Assembly (NCBI RefSeq): GCF_009914755.1 | Contig: NC_060932.1 | Source: the human T2T-CHM13v2.0 reference genome, Homo sapiens | Length of the DNA stretch: 64,000 nt | Reading direction: 5' to 3' (one strand) | Shown: positions 24,751 through 39,443 of the stretch, in pieces | Numbering within the stretch: the first letter of the stretch is position 1 | Layout of the letters: every line of letters starts with the position of its first letter | Translations under genes and position numbers: made by a program | The notes under the pieces: generated by a model | Told to the model about the DNA's origin: nothing | What the model saw: only the letters and a program-made list of their open reading frames with translations | Databases searched by the model: none

Positions 24751-26142
24751 CCCACGGCCCCTCCCCACCCCCACCCGGCTCACCCCCGGCCCTGCCAGCA
24801 CTCTGTCTGGTACCTTCCCCTCCTGCCCCTGCACCAGCTTTGGAGAATGGATTTGGAGTGTCTTGGGCGATCCAGCCAGCGCAGGCCCCCCGGCCCGGTT
24901 GCTTCCTCAGTTCCCGGCTGTGTCCTTGGTGTCCTTTCTCCACCACCTGTGAGCAGCAAGACTGCCGCACGTGGGCGCTGGGTCCAGACCTCGGCTGCCA
25001 CGCCCCAGGACCTGCAGCCCTCACGGGGGCTGGGGATCCCCATCAGCACAGCCAGGCAGAGATGATACCCACCACACACCTGGGGGCCCCCACACCCAGT
25101 CCTCACCCTTAACTTCTGCCATGGGAATTCCTCCATCTGCAGCGGTCACACGGGCCCACCCTGCCCTTCCCCAGGTCGGCCTCTCCGCTGTCTGGAGGGA
25201 AGGGGATTTGGAGGGAGGCTGTCGTCGCCCCCAGGAAAGACGGGCCTGGGGGAGGCGGGACAGTGGGAGAGGCGCGCTGAGGATGAGAGGGCACAGGGAG
25301 GTGGGTTGGGGTGAGGCCACATGCGGAGGGGCGGGGCGGGGGGGGGCTGGGGGGACAGGCACCAAGTATGAAGAGGATGGGGCCAGCGGGGCCTGTCTGG
25401 CTATGGCGTGAGCACCGCTATGGGAGACCCTGGCTTGGAAAGTGAACTTGCAGCCTTGGATGGGGAAGGGCCAGATGCTGGGTGGGTGCCTGTCACCTTG
25501 AGGTGACCATCTAGGGTCAGTACCTGCTGGGCTTAGGACAGCGCCTGAGGCTGGGAATACCTGTCTCTGCTCTAGCAGAGGCTAAAGCAGGCTAGAGCAG
25601 TGGAGGGGTGGAGTTGATGAAAGGAGAGGAGTAGATGAGATGGAATTTTTCCAGCCTCATCCTGGCCTGCCCTCTAGACTCCAGTCCCCAAGCCCTCAGC
25701 CTAGTGGGTGTCATGGATGGATCTGGGGGTGTCAGACAGGCTACCCTGTGCCAGGGAGGGGGCAGAATGGGCCTGCAGCTTCCTGCAGAGGAAGCAGGAC
25801 TGGGTAGCAGAGCCGGGAAGGTGGGTGGCCCATTACAGGGGGGTCCCCAGGGTGTCCTCTGGCAGGGCTGTGACTGCTGCAAGCTCTGCCTTCACCAGTA
25901 GCTGGTGCCAGGACAGAGCTCTGGGACAGCAGGCAGAGGCCGAGCCTGGGCCACAGCTCAGCCACTGACTTGGGTATCAGTTTCCCCTTCTGAGAAGTAC
26001 AGAGTGAGACTTAAAGAACCCCTAGATCCCCACCAGTTCAACACTCCATTAACTGGGAAGCCCAGAGTCCTGTCCGGCCTGCCAAGTTCATCCTGGTGGA
26101 CAGCGGGAGGCCTCCGCTAACTGTTCTCTTCTTTTCCTTATT

Positions 26143-26148
26143 AATAAA
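26143..26148 (+). terminator. GPIHBP1: Probable GPIHBP1 polyadenylation signal
   Basis: First AATAAA after the stop codon, about 1.4 kb downstream, preceded by a U-rich tract. Confidence 0.8.
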
Positions 26149-27214
26149 ACACACAATGCCTAGCTGGGGGGTCGGAAGGCAAATGCCCTAGATGGTGGGG
26201 TCACGTCTTTCTCCTTCTCCTTCCTCCTTCTGCTGGCTGAAGTGATGACTGGAGCTCAGCAACCACTTTGCACCATGAGGCAGCACTGAGCACGGTAGGG
26301 CAGCCTGGTGAGAGGGGCCTAGCTCGCTGCCGACAGAAGTCACTGCCTACCTCAGGGTCCCCTTACCTGGGTGGGAAATAAATTTCTGCTGTGTTGAAGC
26401 TAGTTATTTGGGGTGTCTGTTACTTGCATTTTCACACTGACACATGCACATGTGTGCACACGAACACGCACGCCTACAGCCCCACTGGAGCACAGTGCAG
26501 GGGTCAGGCTGCCTGCTTCGAATCTAAGGCCCAGCCCTCCCCAGCTCCATGACCCTGGAAGCCCCTTCACCTCTCACTTGGCTCTGTCCAGCGGGAGTCC
26601 CAGGAGAGCCCTCCTTGTGGGCTACAGTGAGGATCCTCCAGAGTGCTGGAGCACCACGTGTCAGGGCTTACAGCCCCGTGCCTGGCAGAGAGCAAGTGCT
26701 CGATAAATGGGAGCTGTGGCCATCAGGACACTTCTCATGACCCCACTCTTCACTTGCCATCTGTATGTGTGAACATAGCACATGCCCCACCTGAGCCAGC
26801 CCCAGACCCTCATGATCCAAAGAAACCTCGTTAACCACACCCGACTTAGAAACACTGGGCGACGTAACCTGAGTTCGCCAAATGCTTCCTTCAAACTGAT
26901 GCCTTAAAGCCCTGCACAGCTCTGAGTGGACAGACCCCCACCCCTCCCGGCCCACACCACCTCCTGGCGTGCAGTCTGAAGCCACTGGCTGTAGGGCCTG
27001 CCCCAGCCTTGGGGTCCTGTCTCTTCTCCCAGGGTCCTGGGCCCTGCCAGCAGCTGGGTCCCTCATCCTTGCCCCTGAGGAAGCAGAAAGCCCAGTCAGA
27101 CTCTCCTGGGGCTCTCACCTGACCTGCCCAAAGGCACGGGAGCTGTGAGTGTCTCCGCAGCTATAGAAGCCAGAGAGGGGCCAATACAAGAACAGAGAAG
27201 CCCATCAGCCAGTA

Positions 27215-28375
27215 CCCACCCCCACACCACCCCCACACCCCCTCAACACCACCCCCAACACCACCCAACACCACCCCCACACCACCCAACACCGCCCCCA
27301 CACCACCCACCACCACCCACCACAAGCCCCAACACCACCCCCACACCACCCCCCACACCACCCCCAACACCACCCCAACACCACCCCCAACACCATCCCC
27401 AACACCACCCCAACACCACCCCCAACACCATCCCCAACACCACCCCAACACCACCCCCAACACCATCCCCAACACCCCAATAACCCCCCAACACCACCCC
27501 AACACCACCCCCAATACCACCCCCACCACCCCCAACACCACCCCCAACACCACCCCAACACCACCCCCACACCGCCCACACACCAGCCCCAACACCACCC
27601 CCAACACCAGCCCCAACACCACCCCAATACCTCCCCAACACCACCCCCACCACCACCCCCACACCACCCCCAACACCACCCCCACCACCACCCCCAACAC
27701 CACCCCCAACACCACCCCCACCACCACCCCCAACACCACCCCCACCACCCCCACCACCCCAACACCACCCCCAACACCACCCCCACACCACCCCCAACAC
27801 CACCCCCAACACCACCCCCACCACCACCCCCAACACCACCCCCACCACCCCCACACCACCCCCAACACCACCCCCAACACCACCCCCAACACCACCCCCA
27901 CACCACCCCCAACACCACCCCCACACCACCCCCAACACCAGCCCCAACACCAGCCCCAACACCACCCCAATACCTCCCCAACACCACCCCCAACACCACC
28001 CCAACACCACCCCCAACACCATCCCCCACACCAGCCCCAACACCATCCCCAACACCACCCCCAACACCACCCCCACCACCACCCCCAACACCACCCCCAA
28101 CACCACCCCCACCACCCCCACACCACCCCCACACCACCCCCACACCACCCCCACACCACCCCCAACACCACCCCCACACTGCCCCCACACCAGCCCCAAC
28201 ACCACCCCCAACACCAGCCCCAACACCACCCCAATACCTCCCCAACACCACCCCCAACACCACCCAACACCATGCCCCACACCACCCCCAACACCACCCC
28301 CAACACCACCTCCACACCACCCCCAACACCACCCTAACACCACCTCACACCATCCCCAACACCACTCCCAGCAGC
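27215..28375. repeat. C/A-rich tandem repeat, (CCCCCAACACCA)-type 11-12-mer, about 1.15 kb
   Basis: Direct read; almost no G or T on the + strand. Confidence 0.96.
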
Positions 28376-28904
28376 TCACAGAGGGCTTTCTCCTGGCACC
28401 CACTCAGGCTCTGAGCAGGAAGAGAGGGTATCGTGCTTAGCTGTCTACGGTGGGCCCTGTCACAGCCCCCCGAGGTACGAAAGCCTGCAGCTGCGACATG
28501 AGGCTCGAGCTCAAGGTCACACAGCTGGGCGGTGCAGATCCAGGATCCAGTCCCCGGGCTTCCTGCCAACCGCACCCAGCTTCCCAGAGGTGTCCCAGGC
28601 TCCAGGACGCCTCAGCTGGGGAGGAGCTGGATGCCAGCCAAGAGCCAGCCAGATTCCCAGGCCAAGTCGAGTCTGAGCCAGGCAAGTCAGCGGTGCCAAC
28701 GGGCGGATGGTCACAGCCAAGACACCCTGGGCCCCGTCTCAGAGCCCAACGCATGCTGTCAGTCTCAAGAGTGAACATAGAGGGACCTCCCTTTCTCATC
28801 CAGCCCAGCAGCAGGGAGACTGGGGGCTGGGGGGCTGGGCAGGGAGGGGGCGGGGTCTGGGCAGGGAGGGGGCAGGGCCCTGGCCCAAGAACCCATGTCC
28901 CTCT

Positions 28905-29320
28905 GTACCAGTTTCCCAGGGCTGCCATAACAAATCACCACGAACCTAGTGACTTAACACAAGTTCATGCTGTGGCTCTGGAGGTCAGAAGTTCACGTCA
29001 GGGCTCTGGCTGGGCTGCGTTTTCTTGGGAGAGAATCCACCCCCGCCCTCTCAGCTTCAAGAGGCCACCTGCTCTCCTTGGCTCATGGCCCTTCCTCCAC
29101 CTTCGAAGCCGCTCCAACCACTGCTCCCTCACCAGCTTCCCAAGTCAGCTCTCCCTCGGCCTCCTTCTTACAGGGATCCTGTGACCACAGTTAGGACTCG
29201 CCTGGAGAATCCGGAGCCATCTCCCATCTCAGATCCTCCGCTTCCTCATGGCTGCAAAGTCCCTTTTGCCATAGAAGGCACATTCACAGGCTTGAGGATT
29301 TGAACCTGGGTATGTCAAAG
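28905..29320 (-). mobile_element. MLT1 LTR fragment
   Basis: tgtaccagtttcccagggctgccataacaaatcacca...ctggaggtcagaagttc. Confidence 0.7.
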
Positions 29321-29658
29321 ACCTTTCCTGAGCCCACATCAGCCCTTCCCTGGACACCTGCTCCGAGACTAGCTGTGCTCTGGAAGCCACGGTCCTGGGG
29401 AGGATAAAGCCCAGCTCCCTGGCTCAAGGGGGCCACAGTCCCAGGAAGGAGGCCTTGCCGGGCCCCTGGTGGCCACAGTCCAGAAGTCAGTCCCACAGTG
29501 GTCTCTTCCTGCCCCAGAAGAATTCAGGCCCCTTCGCCTGTGCTCATCACGAGAAGCCGGGCAGAGGCTTGTTCTCACTCTGTCTCTCCCGCACCCCTTG
29601 GGTCTGCCCACACCCAGGTCTCCCCGCCATCAAAACTGACCAAGACCAGGGTGCAGTG

Positions 29659-29863
29659 CCTGACTCACTCATGGGACAAACCCTAACCACGCCTCCCTCC
29701 TGACTCAACTCATGGGACAGACCCTAACCACGCCTCCCTCCTGACTCAACTCATCGGACAAACCTTAACCACGCCTCCCTCCTGACTCAACTCATGGGAC
29801 AGACCCTAACCACACCTCCCTCCTGGCTCAACTCATCGGACAAACCTTAACTACGCCTCCCTC
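29659..29863. repeat. 41-bp minisatellite, about 5 copies
   Basis: Unit cctgactcaactcatgggacagaccctaaccacgcctccct; starts spaced 29701/29742/29783/29824. Confidence 0.94.
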
Positions 29864-32081
29864 CACCATGAGCTCTGGCCACTCCCACATAAGGACACAC
29901 GAGGACACAAGGGGCGTCTGACACCCCCGGGACTGGGCCCCCAACCTCTGCCCGCCAGCCATTCGGGGACAGGTGGACTCAGATACGTGGGTGGGGGAGA
30001 CCTGGGTGTGGCAGAGCCGAGGGAGTGCAGGAGAGACCGTGAGAGCAGGACTCTGCCTAGCACCCTGGAGATCCTCCCCAGAACCCACCAGATCCATCCC
30101 TTTCCTCCTCCTTAGGGACTGGGGCCGGCAGGCACTGCTCCGGCACCCACTCTCTGGAGGATGGAGCCAACGTTGCCTTGGAAACGGGCATCCAGGAGTG
30201 GAGTTCATTCCTAACACGTTCGGCTTTTTGTCTCTTAATTCATTGGACTTAATAATGACGTCTGCGCAGAGGAGGAGCAGGGGAGGAGGCGGCTGGAGAA
30301 GCTCGCCTCCGAGGCCAACTCTCCCTCAGCCCTGCCTCTGCCCCTGGTGATCCTCTGAGCCCAGGATCCGGTGACTCAGTGGTGTCCCCAGCAGGCTCTG
30401 GAATGCACTGCAAGTCACACCACGCCCTGGGCAAAAGCCAGCTCCCCCTTCCCCTTCTCTCCCCTCTGGGCTCTGAAGGCCACAGGTCAGCCTCCCCTGG
30501 AGCCCTGGCTTGCGCAGCCACCGCTCTGCCTTGACCCTGCAGCGCCTCAGGCTCCTGCCCCCTGCCTCAGGCTAGGGAGCCCAGGAACCCAGGGAAAGGG
30601 AACCCTGCCACGCCCCTCCCCGAAACCTCTCGCAGCTTCTAACTCCCCGGGCCTTGGCTCCGGACCACTGCTCCAGGAAACACAAACTCCACCTCCCCGT
30701 GAAGAGACCCAGCATCTGAGAAACAAGATGAAGGGAAGGGGGCGAAACCTCGGCTGGATGTCATCCTACCAAAGGCGTGGCGGCGTCCTTCCTCCCTGGC
30801 CCTCAGCCCTTCCCGGAGCTCCGGGGCCAGCAGGGGCATCCAGCACTCCGAGTGGGAGGGGAAGCCTCTCGGCGCCTGAGCCGGTCAGCCCGAGGTCTGG
30901 ATCAGGCCCCAGTGCTTTCAGTAGCAAGGTACAGGAACCGAAAATCCTGTCATTGCAACTTTAAAATAGAAGTTTCATTTTGCTCCCGTAAAGAGAACTG
31001 TGGAGGCAGGTGACTGCGGGGAACCCCTGAACGAGCCAGGGATGAGTGAGCAGGGCCTGGCCATGCTGTCGGGGAGACCCTGCTTAAGCCACAGGGAGTC
31101 AGGGAGCACTGCCCTTCATGTTCATCCGTGGTGGCCCTAGAATTGCACCATCAACCAGAGTCTGCTTCTGGCAAAAGGGCCCGGGGGTCTCCGCCATCAG
31201 ACCACTCACCGCAGGCCACAGCTCGGATGGGTACGGGGCACCGGGGGAGGCGGCCAGTGCCTTAGACTCCCCCGATGCCCCTGGGGAGGGCCGGGGGTGC
31301 GGCCAGGCCTGCGTGGGCGGAGGGGTCCTGTCCAGGTGGTCCCGGGCCTGGAGACCTGCTGCTGCCCCTCCAGGCCTCGTCCTCTTCTGTAAAGGGGAAG
31401 CTGGCCCAGGAGCTTCCGGTAGCTTCCAAGGGAACCTGGTCAGCCCGCAGGAGACTGGGTAGGAGGAGGGGATGCAGAGATGCCTCCAGAACACGGCCTC
31501 CAGCCCGGTCACCGCGCCGCCTGCCGTCTGGGGAGCGCGGGTCACAACCAGACCAGACCCGGAGCCACCTGGGGCAGGGGTTAGGCCTGGTGCTAGGGTC
31601 CCGCCCCCTCCACCGGCCCTGCCCTAGAGCCACCAAGGGCCACCAACAGCCGGTCCTCCCCAGCCGAGGGCGACCCGAGGAGCTGCCGACCTCCGCACCC
31701 AGCCTCTGTCCCCTGCCCCCGGCCTCTCCCCAACCCTGGGCTCTGCACCCTACTCCAGGCCCCTCTCCTGGGCCTCTGTTTCCACCGTCCCCAGCCACTG
31801 ACCCCCACCCTGGACCTCTTCCCCCCAACCCCGTGCCTCTGTGCCCCCCTTCAGCCTCTGTCCCCTGCCCCTGGCCTGTGTCCCCAGGGGGACTCTGTCC
31901 TGTTCTCTGTGCAGCGTCCATGTGGGTTCCCCAGGGACCATCGCCTGAGCACTTTGGCAGCTCCGAGTGGCAGCCACGCCTTCCAGGTCCCGGGTGAGAA
32001 GGCCCTGCAGCTCTCCGCCGTGCTCTGTGCACACGTCACCATCTACTCAGCAAGCCCCTGGTGTTCCTGGCGGCATGAAGG

Positions 32082-32621
32082 TGTCACGGCCCTTCCAACA
32101 GAGCGACTCCATCCTGAATAGGGGCTGAGTGAAATGAGGCTGAGACCAGCTGGGTTCCAGGACCTTGGGCGTTCAGTCACCAGATATTACAGTTAAGGGA
32201 ACAAGTGAATAATGTTTACCAAAAAGACCCAGGAAATAATGTCCTGATGTCCGATATCTTAGGAACAAAAGCATTCTTAGCTTAAGAATGAGTTTCGCTT
32301 TGAACATAGTAACATAGATTCTTGCTAGACAGTAGTTACACAAAGATAAACAATCCTTTGTCAGGAGCCCCGGCAGCGGAGCAACCTCCCCCGTGATTTT
32401 TTGGCTTTCTTGTCTCACATAGAAACTCCCACTACACCTGAGGTGGGCCCCTTCCTCCTCTTGCTTTCAGGAACTCCCTGCTCTGTCTACAGAGTAGCCA
32501 TTGTTTTATTCCTTTACTTTCTCAATAAACTTGCTTTCTGTGGATTCAACCTGAATTATTTCTTGCACAAGATCCAAGAACCCTCTCTTAGGGTCTAGAT
32601 TGGGACCCCTTTCCGGTAACT
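32082..32621 (+). mobile_element. MER41-family solo LTR
   Basis: tgtca...gagcgactccatcctgaataggggctg start; gggacccctttccggtaac end; AATAAA; 4-bp TSD aagg. Confidence 0.85.
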
Positions 32622-32849
32622 AAGGTAACTGGCAAACCAACCTACAACCTGGGAACCCTGGGACCCAGGAGCCCCAGTGGTCAGGCCCTTCCTTTCCTTG
32701 AGGCTCTGGGGGCGCACCCCAGGGCTGGTGCTGGCATCCTCGCTCCTTCAGGATCCTTGGAGTCAGTTTTCCCTGGAACTTGCCCCATATTTGTGACAGT
32801 AACTAGACTGTGGCCAGAAATCCCCTACCCCTGAGCTGGAGCTGCCCCT

Positions 32850-34202
<1,353 letters not shown>

Positions 34203-34870
34203 TTCTTGTAGAAAACTTAGAAAGTAATGACAATGACCTACACACCACCAACCAACTGATTTATGCCAGGTTTTTTTCCTTGTCCATGTTTTGGAGTCTT
34301 TTATCTAGTTTATCGAATGACTGTTTCATTCTGGACAAACTCCGCGCACAGCTTTGTCTCCTGCGTTTTTGCTGGGATCAGGTCATGGCCATCTGGAGCA
34401 GCGTGCATTTCAGCAGCTTGGATGGTCTGTGACGGAAACCAGCTAGGGGCCTTTCAAACCTCAGTGGCGCTGGCACTTATCACTAGTAACAGTCTTTATT
34501 TCTGCTCTGTAGAAGGAGCTTGGCTTTGATATCCTTGAGGTCGGTGGAGTGACGTGAGGAAGCACTGCCGTTGTGGTAAGCCCCCTGAGAAGGGAGATGG
34601 TTCCTCGCCACCGGCCTCAGCCTCCCCAGCTGTACAGGGTACGGTGATGTCCTGCAGAGATTTTAACAGATCTTGGGACCCCCTCTTGCTGCCTCAGTGT
34701 CATTTCCCACCAGCCCTGGACTGTCCCCTCCAGAATCTCTAAGTCCAGGTGACAGCAAGGTGCACACTGCTTCTTGTCACCCTCCTGGCCACACTGGCTC
34801 ACTTACACTCAAGAACAGCCTCACAGAGGGAAAGAAACTCATGCAGCAACCCTGCCGGTTACAAGTTAGT

Positions 34871-35197
<327 letters not shown>

Positions 35198-36761
35198 CTT
35201 TTTTTTTTTTTTTTTTTTTTTAACAAATTGTTGTTTTCAACATGTGCTTTTGCATAGGCAGAGAAAACTGTCTGGAAGCGGGAGCAAACTCCTGGGAATT
35301 GCTTTCAGAGACAGCAGTGGGGAGGGCGCTGCTTCTCACTTGAGGTACTGCCCTTTCATTTGGATCTTCTCGGCAGGCATGCTAATTCTGTAATGAAGAG
35401 TCAATGTCAATAAAAGAAAAGATGTATGTGGCTGAATCCCCACAGCAACTAGGCCCCTGCTCTCCTGTCTGGGGCTTGCAGGAGGCCTCCAGGGAGGTGA
35501 CGCTCCACTGAGCACTGAAGTCAGGGAAAGAAGGGCGGGAAGGCAGCGCAGAAGCAACTGGGAAGGGGTGGGGCTTCCAGGAGAGACTGGGAGCCCCCCG
35601 CAGCCCAGCAGGCCTTGGGGTGCTGGGCAGGGTGCTCCATGCTGGACCAAGGTGAGTGGGCGCCCAGGTCCGGGATCTGGGATGTCAGCCGCAGGAGCAA
35701 GGAGGTGGTGGTAGGAGACAGCATGGCCCTGAGGGAGGCCCCCCTTGCCCCCAGCTTCCCCTACTGCGGTGCCCGTGAGTCATTCCCGGGTTCATTCCAC
35801 AAACCTTCCCAGAACTCTGTGCCAGGCACTATGTGGGAAGTGGGGCTGGGGCTGGGGGAGACGCATCTTAGTGAGAACATCCCAGACCCCACAAAGCCCA
35901 GGCTGGTAAACACAGGCACAAGCGGAGACAGCCGTGTGGTACAGGGAGGCCTGCCTGGAGGAGGGGGTGCCCAGCTGCCTGGCCCCCTGCATCCTGCGCC
36001 TCCCCACATGCAGTTGGTCCCCCTGAAGTCCCTCCTGGGTGCTTTGGGAATATGTATGAAGGGCCCCGAGGGCCTTTCCATACTCCAGCCCCACCTCTGC
36101 CCTGGACTTCTCTCCCCAGCCCAAGCCCCATGCTTTAGACCTTCCTGACCCAAAAGCCCCTCCTGTTCTGAATGAGGAAACTGAGGCCCAGGCAGAGGAA
36201 AGGACTCAGCTTTTTGTTTTCACAAAGGTTGCACAAGTGATGCAACTTTCCTCACAACACGACGTGGGGGCCCCCAACTTGCAGGCCAGTGCCCCGCCCC
36301 GCAGCACGCTCCTGCCCCATCGTTGTATGGACTTAGCACCCCTCACCTTGGCTCCCCCGTCCCAGGCCCAGGCTGGGTCTTTGTGACGGTCTCATGCAAT
36401 CCCACACAACTTGTGAGGTTGCTGTTGCACTCCATTCTGCAAAATGCGGAGGCTGTGAGGAGACCTGTTGGAGCCAGGATTCAAGGAGCTTTCTCGGCTC
36501 CGGAGCACAGGGCTGCCTCTCCCAGGGTTTTCCAAATTCTGGGCTCTGCCTGCTTCCTCTGTCCTCCAGTGAGCATCCTGACTGCCCTGCCCTCTCCATC
36601 CTTCTCTGACCCCCAGGCTCCTTCTGTCCTGCACCCATCAGCTCACAGTTTTATGTTGCTGCCGCCTGGGGTCCTGCCCAGTGTCCCAGTTGGTGGGAAG
36701 CTCCTGAAGGGCAGGCCGGTGCAGGCACAGCTCTCTGAAGAAGGTTCTGAAGTTGTTGTTA

Positions 36762-37100
<339 letters not shown>

Positions 37101-37465
37101 AAGAAAGAGACAGAGACTGCAGTGAAAGAGAATCTGCAGAGAGGAAGGGGCTGTGTGTGACTTTGCATCCACAGGATTTTAATTTATGGAGGTGACTGTG
37201 CTGGCACAGAGAGGCCAGTGCCATGAGAGAAGTGCCGTCATGCCTGGGAGGATGTGAGGATGAGCGATATGACAGGAATGAGTGTGGGGTCAGCCCCAGG
37301 CCACCTAACAGCCAGGCCAGAGGTTGCCTGCTGGCACCTGGGCTCTGACCTTGTGTCTGAGCCCCACAAGACTCCAGGACCCTCTGCACCCCAGGCAAGA
37401 CATGCCTACCCACTCGGTCTCCTTCAGAACCACGGACAGTGCCGGCGAGCACCACGCGCCACTGA

Positions 37466-38032
<567 letters not shown>

Positions 38033-38220
38033 TAAATCCAAATATCGCCTTGTTCTGCAGGCCTGACCACCTGGGTCCTCGTGGGCTGGGCTCCTCTCTG
38101 TACTCCCGTTCCATCATAACCTGCCTCCCCTTCCACAAGGAGCACTCAGGGCGCCAGGGGCTGCGGTGGGTTCCCTGCCCCTCTGGAGCGTAGCAGCCTG
38201 TGCCCAGTGTTGGTGCCTGC

Positions 38221-38328
38221 GGGAGAGGGAGGTGGGGGGGAGAGGGAGGTGGGGGGGAGAGGGAGGTGGGGGGGAGAGGGAGGTGGGGGGGAGAGGGAGG
38301 TGGGGGGGAGAGGGAGGTGGGGGGGAGA
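38221..38328. repeat. 17-bp G-rich tandem repeat (agagggaggtggggggg) x6
   Basis: Direct read; perfect copies. Confidence 0.95.
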
Positions 38329-39443
38329 ACAGGTTCAGATCCTGCTGCTTCCCTTTCTGTCCTGGTGGCCAAGGCTACCTGCACAGGTAGATGAGGAGGG
38401 CACTTCCTTTCCCAGTGGGCCCTGGGTGGGATCATGGAGGGAGCCCTCGAAGGCATCTGGAGCCCGGGGCGGGTGCTCAGTCGACATGCACCCCTTCTGT
38501 GGTCGGACCCTGCTCCTGGCTTCCTCCCAAGCCCCCGTGCCTCCTGTTCGCTGTTGCTCTGAGTGCCGTCCAGGCACAGGCCCCAGTCCTTGGTGACCTT
38601 CCAGGCCACGCCTCTCAGCCCCGACACCTGCAGGGGCTTGGGCCTGTCCAGAGAGCACCCCTCCCTGGAAACCTCCGGGGCCTGGAGCCTGGGGCAACGC
38701 CTCTGTGTGGGCCCCGAGGTGAGAAAGGGACCTGTGTGGCCTGGAGTGAGATCCCACTGGGACCGGAGTGTGGACCTGCTGCCTGCCAGCTGTGCCGTCT
38801 CAGGCTGGCCATTTAGCCGCTCTGTGTTCGGATCTCTCGTCCACGACACTGGGAAAAACCAAGCCCATCTCACGGGACTGGTGTGGAGATTTTCTGACCT
38901 TCAGCCGCCACACCCTGGCATGTGCTGGGCGACCCCTGCCCTGCCTCATTGCAGTCTGTTTCCCAAGCCGGGTTCTGGTTCCTTGCTTGTCCCCACCCCC
39001 CACAGTGTTTCGGACCCTCCTCCGGCATGGGGTCTGCCCAACGCCCGGCTTCTCACACACACCCCTGCCACACCTACGCACCCTTAATAGGGAGGGACCA
39101 GCAAACCCACGGGGACCGAGCCCCACCCCCAGCTGGCTCACCACCCACCCAGAACCCAGCCCTGGGGCCACCATCTGGCCCCTGTGACCCTGCACCGGCC
39201 CCTGTGACCCTGAACCGCCCCTGACCCAGGAGCAAGTGCAGTGAGAACACCCTGTTTCCTCCTGGCTCAGGGCGGCCGTGACCTGCAGCTGGAGTGAGGG
39301 GCACTTGGGCCTGGCTCCAGGGATAGAGGAGGGGGACCTGCCCAGCATGCTGACCCTGCTCGAGTCTGTTGGATGGGTCTGGGAGGGCCTGCCTCCCTCT
39401 TCCACACAGACCCTGAGGGCTCCTCCTCTCCAGCATGGCAGCC

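Noticed and set aside
27161-28403. Three 375-386-aa Gly/Val/Trp ORFs
   Set aside because: Low-complexity repeat open in all three frames.
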